DNA of 64,000 nt from Convolutriloba macropyga (Eukaryota). The position numbers were made by a program, and so were the translations under genes. Where the stretch lies: positions 40,300,001 to 40,364,000 of the forward strand of contig NC_134468.1 of NCBI RefSeq assembly GCF_964194025.1, given 5' to 3'. Every line of letters starts with the position of its first letter. Positions within the stretch are counted from its first letter, which is position 1. Below are positions 52,241-64,000 of the stretch, in pieces. The notes under the pieces were generated by a model that saw only the letters and a program-made list of their open reading frames with translations, was not told where the DNA came from and did not search any database.

Positions 52241-55200
52241 CTTCAAAAAAGACGTTTGGCAGCGATGCAACTGATATATTTCCTGAACAAGATAAAACTG
52301 ATCCTGTATCTCTCTAAATAAGATAAAACTGAACTGAAGAACTGCAAATGGGTAAAGACCCTTGATATCAGCTCAAAATCCTGTTTTATTATTAGTATAT
52401 ATGCTAACTCATTGTTCGCTAGATTAATAGATATTATGTACAAATTTGACATGACGTTCTTGCAGATAAAAATCTGGAGATGTGACGGTGATGAGTCAAA
52501 CAAGATCAGAGGACAATTCCGAGGACGCAGCATCAATCTGACAAAGTAAGGTACCATGAAATTCTCTTATTTTGAATTAATTAGGTATTCGCAAGATAAT
52601 AGCATTTATACGACTGATACATCAATTATACCATTTTAGTGATTTATCAGTTATGTTTATCTTAACCGCCGCGAACCGTGCCCTGGCCGAATCGGACAGA
52701 TTTTAACTATAGAAAGAAGACAAGGAACAAAAAATTGAAAGCTATTATTCATGCGGGCAAGTTCTTAATAGCCATTGTGGCAAAAAGAATCTGAAAACAT
52801 AATGCAACCCAAATCGAAAAGTTGAAGATCTTTGTAATTTAACAAATTCAGAAAATTAATGAACTTCTATATTATTGGAACCGTTTCCTTAAAAAATCAA
52901 TAATGGGGGATAATAAATACACTACAGTACAACGTGGATTCTCAAGTAATACTTAAAGATTTTAAGTGCGATTCGTCTAATTTCTATAAACTTTTGGCTG
53001 AAAATTTTTGCCAAAAGTAAAAAAAATTCTTTTGCGTACCCAAGTTTTATATCCTACATCGCGCTTAATGCGTTGGGTACAAAAAGAAATACTCTTGATC
53101 AAATGATTCTTTGCATCGTAACAAAGCACCGCACGTCTTATAACGACAAGCTCAATATAGCTTCGCATATATTTCGAAATGCAGCCAAATCATAAATCAA
53201 TCAAGTTCCGATGCCGCGCCTGGAATAATCAAATATTCTCTTTTATGAGGTAGACGCCCACAAACAAAATAGGAGCAACATTCAGCCTAAATGTGAATTT
53301 TTAATTAGAGCAGCTCAATATTTTTGAGAAGTGAAATAATAAGACCTGTTTTTGGGCGAAGTAATTCCTTTGCCATTTATCTGAAATCCATTGCCTGTTA
53401 ATTGTTGACCCTTTCTGCCATCAGCATTCAGTCCAACATTTTGTTGGCGATGAGTTATCGCACTGTAGGGCCCAACATGCCGATCGGTAACGTCGGAAAC
53501 CAGATCCAGAGCAAAATGCTCCCGTCGCTCTTTCGCCACATTCTAAAACGATTTTCAAGTCATATTCGCAGGCAAAGCTACGTGTTACCTGTCTATGATA
53601 GACTGAGTCATAGTCATAAAGTGTGGGTAAGCTAAAGTAAGTGTACATAGACGGCAATAAGAACTCAAATAGTTACGCAGATGCCCAATGTTAACTTAGA
53701 TAATTCTGAGAAGGATAATTATTCCACTGGTTATTTTGGCTGGTTTTGAATTATTTCTTAAAAAAATGAACGTGAAGTCGGAACCAATCATAAGTGGAAC
53801 CAAAAACAAACATGGAAATGATGGAGATGTAAGCTTCTTTTCGTTAAAGAAAGTAGAGTATAAGCAGCCAAAGAAAGCGTACAGCGTTATGCTTAGAAAA
53901 ATCCAAATTTTCTGAGCGGAACTCAGTCAGGTTCTGTGTTTACTTTAAGAGAACAAAACACTGTATTGAGTCAGTTGGCCACCTTGTCGCTCAAAGTAAA
54001 GAGGAATGCATTAGAAGTAGCCGTTTAGTGTTTTAACAATCAGGTAGACACAATGCACTTCACAGAGCAGCCAGCGCAATTGGCATTGACTGGTGAAACT
54101 GAAAATCGTTGTATGGAAGAAACTGTACTTAAGCTTAGGCGCCAAAGGGCACAATAAACCTGGAGTCCAAGTACCTGGACTACAAGAAACCACAAGGGGT
54201 GAGAAGAAAATACCACGTTCCAGAGATTCTAACAATCTATAGAAGCCATCAAGTGAGACGATAGAACTAAGTTTTATCCAGATTTAAGCAGTTACTTTGA
54301 ATTCCACAGAATATATTAATGCATTAGAGATGTGTTTGCATTTAGCCTGGCATAGAGAGAGACTCAAAATGAGAGATGCATCACATCAGAGCGTTATGCA
54401 AGGCATTAAGCAAGGCACTGGTCTTAAAAACACGCATTATTATTTGTCTGGTTCATATCAAATGTCTTTATTATGAGCAAATTTGAATTACTGTAAATCT
54501 GTTTATTTCAAAAGTTCGCTGCACCATTAAATTGTTTTTGTGCGTAATTGTATGAAATGCAAACTATGTGCTACAACGTGTTAGTGCGGGACGAAACGCT
54601 CCTGGTGTACAGTTCATGCGCGACATAATTTTTAATAAACACTGATTACCTGGACAACTCAGACAAGTAATAGTTCTAATCGCCTACATCTCCAATCAAC
54701 TGTTAAAGGTCGCTCACAAAAGTAAACGTCCCGACAAAAGTTTAAGTTTAAGCAATTATTGTAGTCGTGTGTCTACCTGTTTCTGTTTCCGTCATAATTG
54801 ATGAGTCGAAATGTAATATTATGCTACAATAACATTTGAACCTCCATTTGTAGTAATCATTTTTGCATTTATTTCAACAAGTAGTTGTCCTTCTTCTTTT
54901 AACACTAGTCCCTATCTCATTCTACTACGCCTTTACGCTAGCTTTGACCGCGGTTACTCGAAAAGCATACATTATACATGATCTATTGTGACCGGCATAA
55001 ATCAGCGCAGCACTCCGCTCGAGTTTATATTTAATCAAAAGCACATTCATTAGCATGGCAATGTTGGCAGTTCTTATGAACTTACTTTTTAGTGGTTTAT
55101 TTAAAGCGAATAAGTCCAAAAACTCCAATTAATTTATGAACTTAAAAAAGAAATTTAAAATAAACTTTCGGTGGATCTCCTATATGTCTATAGGATTTAT

Positions 55201-55708
55201 GGATCTATCCTGTACCCTCAAGCTTATCGGGCATAAAGATTTAACGCACCCAGGCGCACTGACTATTTTTTACATAGTAATGTGCTAAATAACAAATTGT
55301 AATGGGGGCGGCATAAAAACACTGGTAACCGAAACAGAATAGATTCGGATTTAGATCATTTTTCCATTAATCCGCCCGCAGCAAACTTCTGCAATCAACA
55401 GTGACACTTGCAATATTGCCATGACAAGTTAAACAATTCAGTTTTTGTTGTGCAAAAATTGGTGGCGCTTTGTGCAAAAATTGATACAAATTTCCTTTGG
55501 ATCTATTCTGTTTCTACTCCACTCCTCCTCCAACTCCTCCTCCCCCCCCCCCCCCCCCAAATTATGTGTTCTTAATCTTATATAGCACGTTACTATGTAA
55601 AAATAATAAATAAAAATATGGGCGTCATAAAAATATATTGCCACTAAGCGGGGCGGGGGAACAGAATAGATCTCAAATTTCTTACCATTATCAGGACAAA
55701 AAAAAACT

Positions 55709-55781
55709 TGATGCCACCCAGGCTCGAACTGGGGACCTTCTGCGTGTTAGGCAGATGTGATAACCACTACACCATGGCACC
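55709..55781 (-). tRNA. tRNA-Val(AAC)
   Basis: 73 nt GGTGCCATGGTGTAGTGGTTATCACATCTGCCTAACACGCAGAAGGTCCCCAGTTCGAGCCTGGGTGGCATCA; all four stems pair, anticodon AAC, T9 Pol III terminator at 55698-55706. Confidence 0.97.
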
Positions 55782-56522
55782 TTAATTCCATTCCAACTAA
55801 GCAAATCCAAATAAGACCGAATTGTTTCTAGCTATGCATTATTCTCTGCATTTTAAAGCGTGACAAAATGCGTTCGCAATAATACCGAATAATGATCACC
55901 ACCAATCGATGTGTACGACCCTTACCGGCAAATTCTACTTAAAAACATCACAAAGCCACGCAAAACTTACCAAAGTACTTTATTCAATAGCGTCTAACTA
56001 AAAAGAAATCTTGTCCGTGGAGAAAAAGACACGGATCACGTGGGATTGCGAAAAGTCAGCTTATAGTATAGAGGGGAAAAGCCCAGTCTGCGTTGGACAG
56101 AAATAACAGGGATCTTTTCAACAATTGCCTCCCCCTGGGGGAGGGGGAGGGGCAATTCTTGAATCGAATTTAAGCGAGCAATTTAATCAATCAGAGACGT
56201 CTAATCACAGCTGGCAGATTGCCAGAAAATAGCCGCAATATCTTCGTAGATCTGGAGTCTCAAACAAAAACAGTGAAAAAGACAGACCAAAATTCGCCTT
56301 TTCATTGAAGGCTGATACGTTATGTTATTTTTGATAAAAAATCTGTAAAACTTTATATGTCTCTATTAGAGCTCTCAAATAACCTTCATTTAGAGTGAAA
56401 CACACCCATTTGACCTTATCTCTTTGAATTAAAGTAAATAAAAGTCAATTTCAAAGTGAGGAAGTAATTTTTGTGAGTGAGGAAAGTCAAGTGTGATCAA
56501 AAATTTAATCACACAAATGAAC

Positions 56523-57475
56523 AAACATAGCAGGACAAGTCCTGACGCACAATTCAAAGAATTTTCATTGACTAAACAGAAAACTAGACCTAGAACGGAC
56601 TATGAATGGATTGGGAAAATCATTTAGAACATCCGATCCAAAAAATTGAAAAAAACTAAAAATCAAAGTGAAATTGCCGCATGTGAACAAAAAACCACTA
56701 GCGAGAAAGCGAATCTTTTGTTCAAACACCGTTTTCTCACTCTACTTTAAATTTAGAGCGAAAAAATTTCCCGCCGCAAAACCACTTGCTTTTTCGCTCC
56801 ACTTCCTGTTTCGGCGTGACCAAAACCACTGCTCCAATTTGACTTCAAAAATGATGAAAATGTGTGAACAGATCTTAAAAAAAAGACAGCGCCCCAATAC
56901 AAATCAAATTCCTTGAATTGTAAAAAAACTCGCTCCACTAAGAACGAAAAATGACGTCTCGCACGCACCTCAGTTGAAATTGCATGAACGAATGAACAAA
57001 AGGCAGATTTGAAGTGGTTGTGACGTCATATGGTCGTAACAAAAATTTTGACGACGCAATAAAAAAAAAATAGCAGGACAAGTCCTGACGTACAATTCAA
57101 AGAATTTTCATAGACTTAACAACAAAAACTAGAATGGACTATGAAGTGATTGGGGAAAACCATTTTGAAAAAAAACCAATCCAAAAAATTGAAAAAAAAA
57201 ACATTAAAAATCAATATGAAATTGCCGCACGTGAACAAAAAAATCACTAGCGAGGAGAATTGTTGATCAAACACCGTTTTCTCACTCTACTTTAAAATAA
57301 GAGCGAAAAAAGTTCACGCCGCAAAACCACTCGCTTTTTCGCTCCACTTCCTGTTTCGGCGTGACCAAAATCACTACTCCAATTTCACTTCAAAAATCAT
57401 GAGAATGTGTCAACAGATCCTAACAAAAGACAGCACCCCAATACAATTGAAAGTCCTTGAATAGTAAAAAAAACC
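56523..57475. repeat. Tandem duplication, about 545-bp unit (second copy partial); related sequence at about 35600-35900
   Basis: atagcaggacaagtcctgacg at about 56527 and 57070; shared tgaaattgccgca.gtgaacaaaaaa and ttcgctccacttcctgtttcggcgtgacc. Confidence 0.9.
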
Positions 57476-58097
57476 AAGAGAAGGCCAGTAATAGCTCCAG
57501 CTATCGCTAAGCGGCTATTAATAACGCTTCACGTATACGAATACTAAGTAATCCGAATTAGAAAACAAAGCGAAAAAAATTTTTCTGGCCGACTGGTGGG
57601 TCGGTGGGCGTGCTTCGCCACGATAACCGACCCGCGATTTCCGGATTACATCCTAAAGCGAATGAGAGACATGGCCTTGAACAGCGGTCCGCAAATATAG
57701 GTGATGAGAAAACACTCTATCGGAGCTTAGAATTCAATAAGAAACTCGAGTAGTTAACTAAGTAACGAAACATCAAGATAGAACAACTGCATAAAAAAGC
57801 GTTAAATCTAGCAATATTTTTTTGGCAGATCTTAGTCAAAGATGGATGACCGAGAACTTTTCGAAACCTAAAAAATTGAGCCTAAAACGAGCGCAATCGA
57901 TTTAGTATATTAGTAGGTTCAACAAAAAATTCAAATATTTGCACTTTTCTGAGCTTTTTACGTATAATAGAGCAGATTTTATGTGTATAAAAACTTTTCT
58001 CAAGTGGCTAAGAATTGACGTAAAAAAACTTTCTTGCTGGATAGATTGGTTAAAATCGATTGCTCATTTCTATTATCGCTGCTCTTTTATTTACTCA

Positions 58098-61000
58098 GTT
58101 CCGGCCCAGAAGATGTTGGAAGGATTAGTACAAGCGGAGCGTGGGACGCTTTCGGAACCGAATCGGAGTTCTTCAATCTGAGCAGTAGGATAGTAACCCC
58201 TAGGGTTGGTTTCTTCAACTATCCAAATTAAAACACCGACCTCGAGGTGCTGCTAGGCGGGCGACTACCACTCACGATCTCGGGTTCAGAGCAGGTACAT
58301 ACTCTTCAAGCTAACATGCCCAAATCGCATTCGTGTACGGCTGCGCAAGAGCGTAACGATTACGATCATCAAATTCGTCAACGCCAACGATGGACGGAAT
58401 TCCGGTTGCTTGGTTACCAGATAGAAAATGATTGGGTGTTATTGCGCCTAGGCCGGAGGGTCGGCGCTTACGGGCGTTAACGCTTAGTGCATATTCAACC
58501 AGACAAAAAGTAATGTTTCAAACCACATCTGTGAGGCGACGTGTAGCGAGGCTGGTATAAAAAACTATATTAAAACTACGGACCAACCTCTCCCAGATTT
58601 CACCTTGGTGTGGCTCACCCGGAGGATTGAAGCTCCACTTTATGCTCAAGTTAAAGTGCGATGTTGAGCGGGTTCCTTTATTCAATGCATTCAAGGAGCT
58701 GCTTCTCCGTTACGATAAAGTTCGTATCATTATCTGAGCAAATGATAGCAGGAACAAATTAACAAATGTGCGACGCGCAGCGAGCACAATAGGATGCTTA
58801 ATGTCAAAGTCAATTTCAATTAGCCGTCGGAGCGGACCAGAAGAACGTTGAGACCATGAGGCCCAAGAAACGGTTTACTGAGGAAAGCGGCTTCTCCTCC
58901 TGACGGGAAGGATCTTCTTGACGAATTTCTTGTCAAGAAGATCCTTTCTGTCGGTACTAAATGACTCTCCTTGAGCAAAGGACTGGAGATGACGCTCGAC
59001 TTCGTCAAGTCCAATAGGATCAAATGTTCTAGCATCTAACGTACGGTAACTTTCTTGAGATAGTAGAAGACGGAACATGAGTGCCGCAACACGAAGTAGT
59101 TTTTGATAAAAACTGAACTTATCAAATTATATTAGATTAAAGCTCTTTTGCTTAACGTACTTGGTTGCTAATGCGGCTAAAGATGTGGAGTCACTACCTT
59201 GCTCCTTGGTTACAATGCCGTGCTTGAAATCAACGATATCAGTATTTAATACATAAGGGATTTCCTTATGGCTCAAGAAGTCAGGACCCCTCACTCAGTT
59301 ACTTGACTGCCAAACCTCAGCACACACACCACGCGGCATCTGCCGGATTATTACAAGTGGAGATGTGGCTCCATTGATTAACGCCGCTGCATTCCAGGAT
59401 TTGCAAATAAGAGGGTGTTTTTGTTGTTTGAATATAGCCACTGCAGGACCATCTGTCCACAAACACTTTATTCACAGTAACGTTCAATGCTTGACAGATT
59501 TCCTTTTTCAAGCGTGCGGCAAGAAGAGCGGCTCGTAATTCCAACATAGGAAAGGTCATCACCTTCATAACTGCAACGCGGATCTCGCCCAGGACGAACA
59601 ACACTATCTCTCCGTCATCCCAGCTTCGTCAATTGACACGCCAAATGTCTTTCAAGATTAAACGAGCACCTACTGTAAACGGCGCGACAAGATCAATTGG
59701 GTCGTATACCTTTGACGCAAGACTTGATACTAAGCGCTGTCTTAAACTCTTTGTGATGTTGCTATTATTACCCCTGCTCAAAACCAAAGAGTTATTGTTG
59801 TCATCCCACATTACTCCAAGCACGTGCATTGATTCTTCTTTGGATGAAACGATGATCTTCGACGCAGTAGATTGAGGGCACCCATCAATTCGGTCAGGCG
59901 GATCTGGCACATTGCTTACGAAGATAGTCAGCTTGAACGCACCAAAATGGAGAAGATCTACAAATTCCTTCAACCGAATGAGGGGCTTCTCGGGGGATTC
60001 CACTGAATCTAAGCAATCGTCCAATAGAAAACTCTCAACTACGGCTTTTGGGGCTTCCATATACTGTTTAGCATTATCAAGTGCCCTGCACTGCAATGCA
60101 AAGTTAGCGTAGGCGCAGATGGGCGAGTCTTTTGCCTCAAAAATGTGGCATGTATACTGATGTACCACAAAATTTGATGTAGGGTCCTCCCGCTAAAAAA
60201 GCGCTAAAATGGCTGATCACATGGTAATGCTTCAACTTGAAGGAACATTCCCTCGATGTAGGCTGATATGCAGATGGATGTTTTCTGAACTGTACGAGTA
60301 CATAGATTAAGTTTTGTGGTGGAGCAGGTGCGGTGAATAACGACCTATTAAGAGATGCGCCATGGAATTTAGGTGCCCCATTAAGAACCCTACGAAACTT
60401 GCCAGGCTTGTTCCGATTAACAGCCGTATGGCGCGGTAGGTATCAATCCCGCTCGGAGCAACTTTCGACCTTGTGGCTATCTTTGACCCGTACTACGTAG
60501 CCCCTCTCTAAGTCCTCGTTAATGATATACGAATACTTCCCCTTATATGCTGGCCTTGTAATCCGCTACTCCAAAGATTTCAATTGAACCAACGCCGGGA
60601 AGTAATTATTGGGTATTTAGATGTTATCTTCAGCCAATAGCATTCCGACATCGTACCTTTCGCATCATGGACGATGATGTTTTCAAAATTTTAAAAATTT
60701 CTTGCGCACGTGCATCCGAGGCGGATCGTAGGTCTACTTGCTTAAGTGCGCCATACGACTCAATATTGTACCAAGACTTTGCCTGACTAGCGAGTTCAAA
60801 ATCCTGCTTTATGTTAGCCTTAAAACAAGTCGAGATTAAACCTGAAGACGACGGTAAAGGAATAATGCTTGAAATCCATCCTATGGGCAAGCAAACGGCG
60901 AGCAGTTCTACTCGGCAGCGAAGTCCTCTAACGGGCGTAGGGCATGCTGCTCACCCTGTCCAAGTATCATCTCTATGTTTGCATGGAAATATGTAAACGG

Positions 61001-64000
61001 TGGAGAACGTCTAGGTAAGGATATGTTTCTTGAAGTGCATTAATGTTGATTACGTCGGCAACTACATTTAAATTTGCTTTCACATAAGTACTCACTTTAA
61101 AAGGTTCGAATGCTTGGTTTTCGCGTGGCTTTACAGTCTGTTCAATCAATTTGGTGTCAATTACCTCCTCGGTATTTATAAGCCTGAACCTTAGTTTCAA
61201 TGCTTTACCGTGCAAACCAAGTCTATCTGCAACACTATTTGACAACCAAGAGTTACTGCAAGCGGTATCGCACAAAATCAAAACCTTGGTATCTTTAACC
61301 GAAGAATTAGGCAACTGCAATTTGGTAACCTGCACATTGCTGACAGATGACATTGCAGAGGTCTTATTCGATGGTTGCCCACTAGAAGGTTAAACCATCT
61401 CAACTCAATGGAGAAGTGTGTTATGGGAGCTGTTGCAACCATCTTTCCTACATTTTCTGGGAGTTGGGCACTGCCAGAACATGTGGTTTCCCTTAAACAC
61501 GAGAAGCAGAGTTTTGCTTTGGCCACTACCTTGGCTCGCTGAGCGGGACACTTTTCTTTAAAAATCCGACACTCCCAGATGCGGTGGCTTTCTGTACAAA
61601 CATTGCAGCGAGTATAGGGCGATGTTGTTTTGAGTCAACTGTGGTCTTGGTTACTGAGTTGACTTTGTCCTCAATTCATGTCATCAAGTCATGTGCCTTG
61701 GCCTTTTGCTTCAACCAATCGTCGAAGTAGAGGAGTGTCGGCTTTACACATTGCTTCTGGACCGTAAAGTGACGATGATTCTTTCATATTGGGCGGCAAC
61801 TTTTGCACTGCCGTGTTAAGAAGCGAGGCGTTCTTCAAGTCAGCGTCAATTAAAGTGACTTAAAGACCCCGACTAGACTTGAGATGGTTGCAGAGTAGCT
61901 TATGTTGTCATCACTATTATGCATCTTCAGCGGTGGAAAAAGCTGAGTTTGTCTAAATGAGCACTGACAACTGCCTGTGGCTAACCAAATTTACGTTCAA
62001 GTGTCCAAAGTTCAAGTGACTCAGTAAAGGCGGTCTTTGCTTTTGTAGTTACTAGAGGTTTTAAGTAAGTCAGCTTGGCATCATAAGTCAGTGACTTTAA
62101 ATTTATGAAGCACTCTTAAACTGCCCGAACCATTCTTGCCACAGCAGAGGGTAAGAACTGCACTGTGACATTTTCCACTCGGGCAAAGAATCGTTCCTCT
62201 TACTAGTAACTTCGTCCGCCAACTGTTTTATCAAATCCCCGGAGTTCAAAGAAGGCGCCGAAAGTGTGGGATGCGGTGATCCACTCCAACACAACAGGTT
62301 TGGAAAGGTAGCTTCATACAATGGAGGAACGGTGCAAGTGACAAATATTGGGAGGTACTTATGGCAGAACTACATGGATTAGGTTGCATGAAGTCTGACG
62401 CTACGTAAGCTTGAGGCCTTACGACTGCCTGTACCTGAGTGGAGAAGCGAAGCGACGTAGGGACACGAACTCAGGGGCATGTACCTCTGCTGTAGGGCCG
62501 GTGGACAAATTACGCATGGCACAAAAACATTTGCAGGAGAATTACTCTGTGCGGGTGGAGAGGGCGGTATTTGATTTGGAATTTTTTGCCATGCGGTCAT
62601 TGACATTTGATGCGAGAGCAGGTGGTAGTGGCGCAGGAGCAAAAAAAGCTGGTGAAATTAAGTGGAGTTTCGGGGCCATAGGGGTTCAGGGCTGGAGGTG
62701 GAACGAGTTCAGGGCTGAAGGTGGAACGGCCGAGGCGTTTATGTGTGCTTGTGGCTGATTAAGGATTAGCGGATCTTTAGCTAGTGCATATCACGGTGGT
62801 GAACGAGGAAGGCTGAGCAGGTTAAACTGTACCCGCAAGCTTGACCTGCGGACTAATTTGTCGTCCAAATGCAGACCATCGAAATGCATGGTAGCCTGAG
62901 ACAGCTGTCGAGCGGTGTTCGGGGGTTCAATTGTGCCGGCACAGCAAATTTTATTGATGGTGATAGAGTTGTATATTGAGGCTGTTGCTGTTTCTGAATG
63001 ATGTTAGTTTCAAGAGGTTAAATAATCCTGTAAAATAAAAACGGGATTCCTACTACTGGTCTCTTCCGGCCTATTGACAACGAGGTTGATGTTAGCCTCA
63101 ACTTGACCATGTGTATTCAGATCCAGATGATGCAAGTTAAGAGGTTGAGCTGAAGAAGCACGAACAGCAGTTGCTTGGTTTGATTGAGCAATGGAGCCCG
63201 AAAGGTGCAAACTTGATTCATTTGCAACATCTACCATGATCCCCGCCGGTGATGAATTGACCCAAACTTGAACTAATTTCCTGCGCTTTACCGCGTATCT
63301 TTCAGTAAACCGCTCGCTCAGTTTACCTGTGTCGGAAACGTCCACTGATGATTTTGTCATCAACTCAATCTCTTCAAGGACTCCAGCAGCTACCTGCTTA
63401 CGATGTTGCTCCTCAAGCTGCTGAATTTCCAATTCTCTCAATTTCAATTGTTTTTCAATTTCAAGGCGCTACCTCGCAATGCGCAGCTCATCCTCGTATT
63501 GTTTTTCAAGTTTTCTTTTAAGTTTGGATAATTCTAATTCAAGTTGACGCTGGCTCGAACTCTTTGAGGAAGTCATATACGATCCTGATTTTGAATGGTG
63601 AGATGTATACTGTTCTGTCGTATTTGTCTTGGACTGAATCAATGTACCCTTTGGACTGAATCAATGGACTGAATCAATCAAATAGCTCCTCATTCTTTTC
63701 AATTACACTATTGAATGCATCTTTGGAGTTTACAAACGGATGTTCGATCTTAACTTTCCTGTCCTGCTTATCAATAGAATTGTTGATGTCGCTATAGATG
63801 TTACTAAGCCCAGCCTCTAATTTTGCCCTCGTTGTAAAAACTTTTCCTGTAATACTGCCGTGATCTTATTAAACAGGAAACAAAAATTAAATTTGGTAAT
63901 ACAACAGAAGTACACTCACATGCACACAACACAAAAGGGTTAGACAAAATCCTAGTATGGCGATTTGCCCAGCAAACCTCCAAAGAACAAGGTGTTCGTT
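58098..64000 (-). mobile_element. Decayed BEL/Pao LTR retrotransposon; 3' LTR not seen, 5' LTR probably starts at the window edge
   Basis: gag (LLWQEWFGQFKSA; KLCFSCL..HNTLLH knuckles), protease LCDTACSNSW, RT HIFEAKDSPICAYANFAL/FLLDDCLDSV, VYDPIDLVAPF, PMLELRAALLA, integrase remnants ICSDNDTNF and AIWAC*LEEYVPALN; PPT-like gggccgga near 58100; PBS-like TGGAGGTTTGCTGGG at 63968-63982. Confidence 0.92.

Noticed and set aside
52240-54400. Multi-exon gene from exon-like segments at about 52466, 53469 and 54011
   Set aside because: Could not assemble a stop-free spliced frame or recognise a domain.
55709-55781. Anticodon-shifted or SINE-derived tRNA
   Set aside because: Intact cloverleaf with Val-type body and an immediate T-run terminator; an ordinary tRNA-Val(AAC).
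34000-57900. Numerous 60-120 aa ORFs in the six-frame track
   Set aside because: K/F/L/I/N-biased translations of AT-rich repeats, mostly with non-ATG starts and no domains; treated as spurious apart from the LINE remnants listed.
58114-58500. Plus-strand LTR beginning TGTTGG
   Set aside because: The minus strand translates as the BEL integrase C-terminal region (AIWAC*LEEYVPALN...IWIVEETNPRGYYP), so it is internal sequence.

Overview
AT-rich eukaryotic (invertebrate-like) genomic DNA; the species cannot be determined from the window. (1) 1.4-14.8 kb, + strand: the 3' part of a muscleblind (mbl/MBNL) RNA-binding protein gene. Seven coding exons splice in frame with GT-AG sites. They encode an Ala/Gln linker, a ZnF3/4-type CCCH pair whose second finger carries a 21-aa insertion, and a low-complexity tail. 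The introns contain YGCY clusters, a candidate 27-nt microexon and candidate poison exons. (2) 17-64 kb is a transposon graveyard. It holds an L2-like LINE that unexpectedly carries an SGNH esterase ORF and a 140-bp tandem array 3' of its reverse transcriptase, a decayed Ty3/Gypsy element expanded by nested 1.5-kb and 3-kb tandem duplications, two further CR1-like fragments, a decayed BEL/Pao element, a tRNA-Val(AAC) gene, palindromes and old ~500-bp tandem repeats. A CR1-like fragment also lies in an mbl intron. The best candidates for novelty are the LINE with a 3' esterase and the alternative-splicing/autoregulation signals in mbl. All counts and alignments were done by eye.
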